This document shows positions 8,146-15,498 of a DNA stretch of 44,168 bases, piece by piece (the stretch's first letter is position 1; every line of letters starts with the position of its first letter). Both the position numbers and the translations under genes were made by a program. Source of the DNA: Chthoniobacterales bacterium (GTDB taxonomy: Bacteria > Verrucomicrobiota > Verrucomicrobiia > Chthoniobacterales > UBA10450). The stretch lies in NCBI GenBank assembly GCA_046262275.1, contig JBHENA010000001.1:1-44168 (forward strand). Direction: 5' to 3'. The notes beneath the pieces were generated by a model. The model ran no database searches. It was not told where the DNA came from and saw only the letters and a list, made by a program, of their open reading frames with translations.

Positions 8146-8952
8146 CTAAAACCGCAGATGTTTCACAGTGTGACCGCGATTGATCAACTCGCTCAATGAA
8201 TCGATCCCGATCCGCAGGTGCGTATCGAGGAACTTCGTGGTTACGACGTCGTCGCTCGCGCCGGTCTTCACGCCTTCCGGCACCATCGGTTGATCCGAGA
8301 CGAGCAGGAGCGCGCCGGTCGGGATCTCATTATGGAAGCCGGTGATGAAGACGGTGGCGGTCTCCATGTCGATCCCCATGCAGCGGATGCGGGCGAGATA
8401 TTTCTTGAAGACGTCGTCGTGCTCCCAGACGCGGCGGTTCGTCGTGTAGACGGTGCCGGTCCAGTAATCGAGGTCGTGGTTCCGGATGGTGGTGGAGATC
8501 GCTTTCTGGAGCGAGAAGGCCGGGAGCGCGGGAACTTCGGCCGGGTAATAATCAGTCGAGGTCCCCTCGCCCCGGATCGCGGCGATCGGCAGGATGAGGT
8601 CGCCGAGTTTATTCTTCCGCTTCAAGCCGCCGCATTTGCCGAGGAAGAGCACCGCCTTCGGCTTCACCGCGCTGAGCAGGTCCATGACGGTGGCGGCGCT
8701 GGCGCTGCCCATCCCGAAGTTCAGGATGGTGATGCCGTTGGCCGTGGCGTTCGGCATCGGGCGATTGAGGCCGCGCACTTCGACGCCGTGCCATTCGGCG
8801 AAGAGGTGGACGTACTGGGTGAAGTTCACCAGCAGCACATACTTCGAGAACTCTTTCGCGGGCGTGCCGGTGTAACGCGGCAGCCAGTTCGCAACGATCT
8901 CGGCCTTGGACTTCACGACATCGATTGGTCCGCTCGGCGGGCGCGATGGCAA
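8146..8952 (-). CDS. amn: AMP nucleosidase (short form, PNP_UDP_1 fold)
   Basis: 268 aa. IVANWLPRYTGTPAKEFSKYVLLVNF, GITILNFGMGSASAATVMDLL, LFLGKCGGLKRKNKLGDLILPIAAIRGEGTS, GIDMETATVF and TVKHLRF all match my recollection of short-form AMP nucleosidases. Confidence 0.9.
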   Translation of the reverse strand: MPSRPPSGPIDVVKSKAEIVANWLPRYTGTPAKEFSKYVLLVNFTQYVHLFAEWHGVEVRGLNRPMPNATANGITILNFGMGSASAATVMDLLSAVKPKAVLFLGKCGGLKRKNKLGDLILPIAAIRGEGTSTDYYPAEVPALPAFSLQKAISTTIRNHDLDYWTGTVYTTNRRVWEHDDVFKKYLARIRCMGIDMETATVFITGFHNEIPTGALLLVSDQPMVPEGVKTGASDDVVTTKFLDTHLRIGIDSLSELINRGHTVKHLRF

Positions 8953-9082
8953 GCGAATTCATGCTCCTCGCGGCGGGAGCTTTCTCACGATTTGCCGCGT
9001 CGATCTTCGCCGCACCTCCAGCGCTCGGAATTTCGGCTTTCTCGCTTTCCGATCTCCGATTTCGGCCGTTCAGTCGACTCGC

Positions 9083-10462
9083 ATGTCTCGCACCCAGCCA
9101 TCCCTTTGCCGTGCTTGGGCCGTGCGAGGCGGCTGGATCTTGCTCGCGCTGGTGCTGCTGCTCGCCGTAGTCGGATATTTTGCCGCGGGCCGGCTCTTCG
9201 TCAGGTTTGCTGAGGGCTCCGGCCTTCGAAAACATATCGGCGCTAAGACGGCCCAACAGCTCCAGGGAGAGGCCGGCTACCTGCCGCTGACGGCGAACGG
9301 TCTCTCGTTTTTCTCGCGCGGTTTTGTCGGAACCGCAGCGCCGCCGCGCGCTGTGACTGAGATCCGCGCGTCGAATCTCTCCGCGCGATGCAGCCTCCTG
9401 GAACTCTGGCGCGGCAAGTGGCGCATCGACGGCCTGCACGCCGAACATCTGCAAGTCGCTTTCGGGCGCATCGCCGCGGAGGCGATCCGGAAGGATGAAT
9501 TCCCGATGCCGGAGCTCGAGCCGGCTTCGTCGACGCTCTCTTCCTTCAAGGTGGACATCCGTAAGACGACGGTGGATCGGGCCGATCTCGCGTGGGGCGA
9601 CCCGAAGAGCGACGGCGGCGAGCTTCGCGGTGTTCACGCTGATTTCACGACCGAGGGAAAGAACCTGATCGCGCAAGGCGCGGGCGGCACTTTCCAGAAA
9701 GGCAAGTTCCCGCAGATGAAGGTCGAGCGGTTTAAAGCATTCTACGGGAAACCGGAGCTTCGGATCGACGAAGGGCTTCTCTCGGTCGGCGCGAAAAGCA
9801 GCGTCGCTGTGAACGGCTGGATGCGGTTCGAGCAAGAGCCATCAATGGACCTCCGGCTGAAGTTCGAGGCGTGTCCGGTCGCGCCGTTCCTGAACGAAGC
9901 GCAGCGGGACAGGGTGCAGGGGAGCTTCGAGGGCACGAGTACGATCGAGAAGAAAGCCGAGCCGAACGCAGCCGTGAGCGCACGAGGCTCGGTCGCGGTG
10001 TTGCACGTGGTGCTGGAGCACTTCGCCGCGCTCGAGCAAGCAGCGTTGTTTACCGGAAAATCCGAGTTGAACCCGCTGCGTCTCGATAAGGCATCCGCAG
10101 ATTACGATTGGACCCCTGAGCGTCTCCAGCTGAAGGACGTGATGCTCGAGCGAAACAAAGTGATCGCCGTGCGGGGACGCGCGACGATTCGCGGCGAGAG
10201 CCTGGACGCGACGCTGGAACTCGGAGTTGCACCCGAGATTGTGGAGAGATTCCCGGGCGCGAGAGAGGAAGTTTTCGTGCGCTCGGAGGGGGGATACCTC
10301 TGGACTCCAGTGCACCTGACCGGCACGATGTCGCATCCGCAGGCGGACGTGAAGCCGCGGCTAATCGCAGCCGTCGAGCGCCACTTCGCGAAGATGTTGT
10401 TGGCGCCCGTGCTGAAGCCCGCCAAAGCGATACTAGACGTGATCGAGGCGCTCTTTCAGTAG
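9083..10462 (+). CDS. Membrane-anchored protein of unknown function (N-terminal TM helix, large extracytoplasmic domain)
   Basis: I trimmed ORF 8906..10462 to ATG 9083 so that it does not overlap amn. MSRTQPSLCRAWAVRGGWILLALVLLLAVVGYFAAG is a signal anchor. I recognise no family motif. Confidence 0.65.
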   Translation: MSRTQPSLCRAWAVRGGWILLALVLLLAVVGYFAAGRLFVRFAEGSGLRKHIGAKTAQQLQGEAGYLPLTANGLSFFSRGFVGTAAPPRAVTEIRASNLSARCSLLELWRGKWRIDGLHAEHLQVAFGRIAAEAIRKDEFPMPELEPASSTLSSFKVDIRKTTVDRADLAWGDPKSDGGELRGVHADFTTEGKNLIAQGAGGTFQKGKFPQMKVERFKAFYGKPELRIDEGLLSVGAKSSVAVNGWMRFEQEPSMDLRLKFEACPVAPFLNEAQRDRVQGSFEGTSTIEKKAEPNAAVSARGSVAVLHVVLEHFAALEQAALFTGKSELNPLRLDKASADYDWTPERLQLKDVMLERNKVIAVRGRATIRGESLDATLELGVAPEIVERFPGAREEVFVRSEGGYLWTPVHLTGTMSHPQADVKPRLIAAVERHFAKMLLAPVLKPAKAILDVIEALFQ

Positions 10463-10546
10463 CTCGTCGCCTTAGCGCGTGGCAGCGCGAGTCTTCTGGG
10501 GTGCGCTTTGCGAGCACGAAGCTCTCGGCTGACCACGACATGCGGG

Positions 10547-10577
10547 TCGGCGGGGACACACCGCCGCTACAGAAGAC
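10547..10577 (+). repeat. REP-like hairpin, family member 2
   Basis: gtCGGCGGggacacaCCGCCGctacagaaga, in the convergent intergenic region 10463-10671. Confidence 0.5.
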
Positions 10578-10629
10578 GCTCACCACGAATTGTAAACGCG
10601 CCGACGGCTCTTTTGTCAGCTACGCGTGC

Positions 10630-10660
10630 ATCGGCGGCGACAGACCGCCGCTATAGAAGA
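10630..10660 (+). repeat. REP-like hairpin, family member 3
   Basis: atCGGCGGcgacagaCCGCCGctatagaaga. Confidence 0.5.
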
Positions 10661-10671
10661 GAATTCGCCAG

Positions 10672-10866
10672 CTATTTCTTGCCCTTGGGCGGCGTCGACG
10701 GGGCATTTGTCCACGTGGCGCAGCATGGCTCCTTCTCGATCTTGCCGCTCGCTTTGCATTTGTAGGTCCCGTCTTTTTGCTTCACGCACATCCTGTAAGG
10801 CGCGGCGCCGGCTGCAGCGGCGGCGGTAAGCGCAACGGCAAGAATCAAGGAAAGCAGAGGTTTCAT
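10672..10866 (-). CDS. Small secreted Cys-containing protein (64 aa)
   Basis: Signal peptide MKPLLSLILAVALTAAAAAGAA, followed by a Lys-rich mature part with 4 Cys. No family recognised. Confidence 0.5.
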   Translation of the reverse strand: MKPLLSLILAVALTAAAAAGAAPYRMCVKQKDGTYKCKASGKIEKEPCCATWTNAPSTPPKGKK

Positions 10867-10942
10867 CCCCGAAGCCTAGGCGCAGTTCCGGTCAGCGGAA
10901 AGCTGCCACTATCAAGACGGATCTTGGGCACTGCATAGGCTT

Positions 10943-11128
10943 GGCGCGAACGATGATTGGAAGACGAACGCGAACGCGGCGAACATCGTCGCGAGCGGTC
11001 TTGGGCCGACGAATGATCTCGAATCCGCGCTACTGGTGCGGCTCGACCCAGGCGCCTACACGACCATGGTGAGCGGCACTGCGAACAGCCCGACGGGCGT
11101 GGGCCTGGTGGAAGTGTACGAAGTCCAG
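10943..11128 (+). pseudogene. Orphan C-terminal fragment of a larger secreted protein
   Basis: In frame with ORF 11036..11353: GANDDWKTNANAANIVASGLGPTNDLESALLVRLDPGAYTTMVSGTANSPTGVGLVEVYEVQ. This is a recurrent C-terminal domain pattern (NDxW...GLxPxNxxESAxxxxLxPGxYTAxVxG...G..LVEVY). There is no upstream body, no start and no proper stop. Confidence 0.55.
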
Positions 11129-11423
11129 ACCCTCCTCCATCACGTCAGGATCGAAGACCTCGCGCTGCTTCGGCGGCGCGAGGTTTCTTTTTTGCCGCAG
11201 GTTCGATGGCCGACCCAGCGGCGCTTCGTGAGTGCTAGCGGTTTAGCTTTCAACCACGCAACAAATAGCTGCGACCTACCGCCTATCCGGAAGAAAAGGC
11301 ACGTTCTACCCAAGCTCCGGGCAGCCGAAAGTGCTTACGACCTCGGCGGTTAAAAAATGTTCAAATTTTTCAAAAAGATGTCTGGCCAGCGCATACGCCG
11401 AATCCCTATAAACGCTGACCTTC

Positions 11424-14400
11424 ATGAAATCGAAACCGCGCGTCGCCCTGTTGTGCCTCTTTCTCTTCCTCAACCTGCTCGCCTTCACACAGATGCGCGG
11501 CCAGGGTGTGACCACTTCGTCGCTCGGCGGCTTGGTTACAGACGCTTCCGGCGCACCGGTCGCCGGTGCTCAGATCATCGCCGTCGATACCTCTTCTGGA
11601 ACCACCTACAACTCAGTCACCCGGGCGGGCGGGCGTTACGATATCTCGAACGTCCGCACCGGCGGGCCGTACAAGATCACGGCGCGGGCGAACGGAACGT
11701 CGAAGAGCAAGTCAGGCGTGTTCACAACTCTTTCGCAAACCGCAGAGGCTGACTTGCAGCTCAGCGCTGCAGGCGGCGCGGAACAGCCGGGCAGTGAAGC
11801 AGTCGAAGCGAACACAGGCGGCGGCGCGACCACGGAGCGCGTGGTCGTGCAGGGCAGCGCGGTCGAGGATCTCTACAGCTCGGATCGTAACGGCACGAGC
11901 ACATACGTCACTCGCGAAGACATCAGCGCCCTGCCGACGATTACCCGCAGCTTGAACGATTACATCCGCCTGACTCCGCAGATCAGCACGCTGGGACGGG
12001 CTGGCGCTTCGGCCGCAGGCCAGAACAACCGCGGCAACAACATCCAGATCGACGGTGCGACGACGAGTGACGCTTTCGGTCTCGCGACCGCCGGTGGCGG
12101 AACGGGCTCGCCGACGGAAAGTGCGGAGCCGATCAGTCTCGATACGATCGACCAATTCCGCGTGAACATCGCGCCGTATGATGTGCGCGAGAGCAATTTT
12201 CAGGGCGCCTCGATCAACGCGATCACGCGCAGCGGTGATAACCAATTCCACGGATCGATTTACGCTCTCGGACGTGACGAGCGACTCGTCGGCGAGGGTT
12301 CACGCAACCAGCCGGTGGGTGATTTTTACGAGTATACCTATGGCATTCGCCTGGGTGGCCCGATCATCCAAAACAAGCTTTTCTTCTTCGCCAGCTACGA
12401 ACGGAAGCGCGCTCTTTTTCCGATTAATGGCGACACATCGAAGATCAATCTCGCGAGCGTCCAAAACATCATCGACATCACAAAGGGTAAATATGGCTTT
12501 GAGCCGGGCGAAATCGGCGACGAATCGCAGAAGGTCGAGGACGAAAAATATTTCGTAAAGCTCGACTGGAACTTCCTTCAGGGGCATCGCTTGTCGGCCC
12601 GCTATAACCATGTCGACGGCTTTAACCAATTCGGCCTAAGCCGCGGCAGCACCTATGACTTAAACAGCCGCCAGTACGACAAGCCGATTAAGACCGACTC
12701 GATTGTCGCTGAATTGTTCGATACGTGGACACCAAGTTTCTCCACGGAAGCACGTGTTGGTTACAACTTCTTCCAGGCCGAGCGCGTCTCGCATGGGTTC
12801 TTCCCGGCCGTCAATGTCCATGAAACATTCGGCGATGTGCGGTTCGGTTCAGAGCAGTTCAGCCAGCAAAACTCGCTGAAACAAGAAATCATCGAAGCCA
12901 CTGTGAATGCAGATTACTTCATCGGTAATCACCAGATCACGCTCGGCACGAATAACGAGCTGATTGAGTTCAAGAATAAGTTCCTGCGCGACTTCTACGG
13001 AGCTTATGATTTCCGCGCCGCCTTCGGTAAGACTGCGACCGAGAACTATCGCCTCGGCCAACCGAGCAATTATTCCCTGACCATCCCAACTACCCCGGGG
13101 ACGACGCCGGTCACGGAGGTTCGGCAGTTCGATTTCAGCGGCTACCTTCAGGACAAGTGGAAGATTATGCCGAACATGACCCTGACCGCCGGTCTCCGTG
13201 TCGATACCCATATCTTCCCCGACGACCCATTCTTTAACCCAAAATTTGCGGCAGCGTTTCCAGGGCGAAGCACGAGCGAGATTCCTGATGACGTGGTGAT
13301 CTCGCCGCGCATCGGCTTCAACTGGGATGTCTTCGGTGATAAGAAAACACAGATGCGCGGCGGTGCCGGCATCTTCGGTGGCCGCACACTCGGCGTGTTA
13401 TACGCAAACCAGTACGGCGGCACTGGCGTTGACTTCAAGCGCACCACGACAAACTTCACCACTGCGCGTCCAGGTTTCTTCAGCCCCGATCCTCTCAATC
13501 AGCCGCCGGCCTCGCGAACTGCCTCGCCGGAAATCGATATCACCGACCCCAACTTTGAGTCGCCGCAGCTCGCCCGGACAAGCTTTGCGATCGATCAGAA
13601 GCTGCCATTTAACCTGATCGCCACCGTCGAAGGCCTATACGCGAACAATCTGCAGGCCTATACCTACCGCAATCTCAACCTCGGTCCGCGGACGGGGACT
13701 CGTCCGGAAGATGGGCGGCCGATCTTCGGCGGCTTTAACGCGAACAAAGATTTTGACCGCGTAATTCTCCTTACCAATACGAGCCAGGGCCAGTCGTATA
13801 ACATCACAGCGCAGCTCGAGCGCCCGAACCCTGGCGATGGCTGGAGTGGCAAGCTCGCTTACACCTACGGCCGCTCGTTTGATGTGAATAGCACGAATTC
13901 CAGCCAGGCGGCATCCAACTTCGGATTTAATCCTACAGCTGGTGATCCGAACCAGGACGTCCTCAGTGTCTCTGCCTACGAACTGCGCCACCGCGTGTTA
14001 GGTGTCCTATCGTACACCTACGCATTCCGCAAAGGTTGGGACAGCACCATAGGCCTGGTCTACCAGGGAGAGGCCGGCAAACCCTACAGCGTCCTCTACA
14101 ATGGAGATCTCAACGGGGATGGTCAGTTCGGCAACGACCTGATCTATGTGCCAACCGGAATCAACGATCCGATCGGTGCTAAATTCGTGGGCCGAACCGG
14201 TGAGACAGGCGCCGCAAACTTCGCCGCTTACAATAACTACATCGCGAATAACGATTTCCTGAAAAACTATCGCGGTCGCATCGCACCGCGCAACGGTGGC
14301 CGTGATCCGTGGATTAACCACCTAGACCTGCACTTCTCGCAGAAGATTCCCGTTAAGTTCATCGACGCTGAGCTCACCGTTGACGTGCTGAACCTGACGA

Positions 14401-14591
14401 ACCTCGTCGACAGCAGCAAAGGGCAGTTGAAGCGCTACAGCGCCTTCGGCACTCCGCAGCCTGTTGTATTCAACAGCACCTCGCAGAAGTACACCTTCCA
14501 ACCGGCCAATGGGGCCGAGCCAACGGTTCAATCGCTCGATGACCTCGAGTCGCGTTGGAGGGTGCAGCTCGGAATGCGCTTGTCGTTCTAA
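11424..14591 (+). CDS. TonB-dependent outer-membrane receptor, Oar-like, with N-terminal carboxypeptidase-regulatory-like domain
   Basis: 1055 aa. Signal peptide MKSKPRVALLCLFLFLNLLAFTQMRGQ. GLVTDASGAPVAGAQIIAVDTSSGTTYNSVTRAGGRYDISNVRTGGPYKITA is a CarboxypepD_reg-like domain. A plug and barrel follow, and the protein ends in the aromatic terminal residue (...QLGMRLSF) typical of beta-barrels. Confidence 0.9.
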   Translation: MKSKPRVALLCLFLFLNLLAFTQMRGQGVTTSSLGGLVTDASGAPVAGAQIIAVDTSSGTTYNSVTRAGGRYDISNVRTGGPYKITARANGTSKSKSGVFTTLSQTAEADLQLSAAGGAEQPGSEAVEANTGGGATTERVVVQGSAVEDLYSSDRNGTSTYVTREDISALPTITRSLNDYIRLTPQISTLGRAGASAAGQNNRGNNIQIDGATTSDAFGLATAGGGTGSPTESAEPISLDTIDQFRVNIAPYDVRESNFQGASINAITRSGDNQFHGSIYALGRDERLVGEGSRNQPVGDFYEYTYGIRLGGPIIQNKLFFFASYERKRALFPINGDTSKINLASVQNIIDITKGKYGFEPGEIGDESQKVEDEKYFVKLDWNFLQGHRLSARYNHVDGFNQFGLSRGSTYDLNSRQYDKPIKTDSIVAELFDTWTPSFSTEARVGYNFFQAERVSHGFFPAVNVHETFGDVRFGSEQFSQQNSLKQEIIEATVNADYFIGNHQITLGTNNELIEFKNKFLRDFYGAYDFRAAFGKTATENYRLGQPSNYSLTIPTTPGTTPVTEVRQFDFSGYLQDKWKIMPNMTLTAGLRVDTHIFPDDPFFNPKFAAAFPGRSTSEIPDDVVISPRIGFNWDVFGDKKTQMRGGAGIFGGRTLGVLYANQYGGTGVDFKRTTTNFTTARPGFFSPDPLNQPPASRTASPEIDITDPNFESPQLARTSFAIDQKLPFNLIATVEGLYANNLQAYTYRNLNLGPRTGTRPEDGRPIFGGFNANKDFDRVILLTNTSQGQSYNITAQLERPNPGDGWSGKLAYTYGRSFDVNSTNSSQAASNFGFNPTAGDPNQDVLSVSAYELRHRVLGVLSYTYAFRKGWDSTIGLVYQGEAGKPYSVLYNGDLNGDGQFGNDLIYVPTGINDPIGAKFVGRTGETGAANFAAYNNYIANNDFLKNYRGRIAPRNGGRDPWINHLDLHFSQKIPVKFIDAELTVDVLNLTNLVDSSKGQLKRYSAFGTPQPVVFNSTSQKYTFQPANGAEPTVQSLDDLESRWRVQLGMRLSF

Positions 14592-14618
14592 CAGTCAGTC
14601 CCAAAGGAACTGATCGAA

Positions 14619-14658
14619 CAAAGGCGTGGCGTGCTGTGAGAACGGCCGCCACGCCTTT
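14619..14658 (+). terminator. Stem-loop downstream of the TonB-dependent receptor gene
   Basis: aaaggcgtggcg / cgccacgccttt form a perfect 12-bp stem with a ~15-nt loop, followed by a weak T tract (tttcg). Confidence 0.5.
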
Positions 14659-14711
14659 CGCGTGTCGGTCCTGTTCCCCACTTCTTCTGACGCCGACGAT
14701 GTGGCGCTCGC

Positions 14712-14742
14712 CTTCTGTAACGGCACCTTGTAAGCGCCGAAC
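14712..14742 (-). repeat. REP-like hairpin, family member 4 (degenerate, inverted orientation)
   Basis: cttctgtaaCGGCACcttgtaaGCGCCGaac closely parallels 6340..6370. Confidence 0.4.
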
Positions 14743-14764
14743 CTTAGCCTGCGACATTACCCGA

Positions 14765-14795
14765 ATCGGCGGTGACAGACCGCCGCCACGTGAAA
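14765..14795 (+). repeat. REP-like hairpin, family member 5
   Basis: atCGGCGGtgacagaCCGCCGccacgtgaaagga. Confidence 0.45.
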
Positions 14796-14937
14796 GGAGA
14801 CGCCTCCGCGATCACGCGGCACCTTCAGAACAGACAGTAACCGCCCAAGACGAAGTTAACCCGCAACTCTGCTGGCCCTCCGTTCAGCACTTCGATAGAA
14901 CAGCGAGCCAGGCCGCACGACCACCCGGCGAAGTCTT

Positions 14938-15498
14938 ATGACAAACTCTCCTCTCATAGAAGCGCAACTACGCTCCTTGCCGCTCTTGGCTGACAGCGAC
15001 GAAGCATCGGTGCGGAATCGCATGCTCGACCTACTCGCTGAGACGGCTGACTGTTTTCTCCGCTCCTGCTTCCCTGCTCACTTCACGGGTAGTGCTCTCG
15101 TCCTCAGCGCTGATCGCCGCAGAACCCTTCTTCATCATCACCGCAAGCTCGATCGATGGTTGCAGTTCGGCGGACATTGCGACGGCGACGCAGACGTGCT
15201 CGCCGTCGCGCGCCGTGAAGCTCAGGAAGAGTCGGGCATCGATTCACTCGCGGTGCTAACGCCGGACCCATTCGATCTCGACATTCACAAGATCCCGGCG
15301 CGAGGTGAAGAGCCGGAGCACTGGCACTACGACGTCCGCTACATCCTCGCCGCTCCTCCCGATGCGATGTTTCGACAGAGTGCTGAGAGCCGTGAGTTGC
15401 GCTGGTTCACGCCGGAAGAAATGGGAGCTCTCGACCTCGACGCCGCGCTCCGTCGGCTTGTGGCGAAGTCGCGACGGGTTCTCGCCAAAGGAAGCTAA
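14938..15498 (+). CDS. NUDIX hydrolase
   Basis: Nudix box GGHCDGDADVLAVARREAQEESGI (GX5EX7REUXEEXGU). Confidence 0.85.
   Translation: MTNSPLIEAQLRSLPLLADSDEASVRNRMLDLLAETADCFLRSCFPAHFTGSALVLSADRRRTLLHHHRKLDRWLQFGGHCDGDADVLAVARREAQEESGIDSLAVLTPDPFDLDIHKIPARGEEPEHWHYDVRYILAAPPDAMFRQSAESRELRWFTPEEMGALDLDAALRRLVAKSRRVLAKGS

Noticed and set aside
8218-9835. Long ORFs 8218..9213 (+, 331 aa) and 8609..9835 (-, 408 aa).
   Set aside because: They are Arg/Ala/Gly/Glu-rich, low-complexity translations lying antisense to or out of frame with the confidently recognised amn gene and the 9083-10462 membrane protein. These are typical shadow ORFs of high-GC DNA.
11036-11353. ORF 11036..11353 as an intact 105-aa gene.
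   Set aside because: Only its first ~30 codons resemble anything: the tail of the orphan C-terminal domain fragment starting at 10943. The rest is read-through into the promoter region of the TonB-dependent receptor gene.
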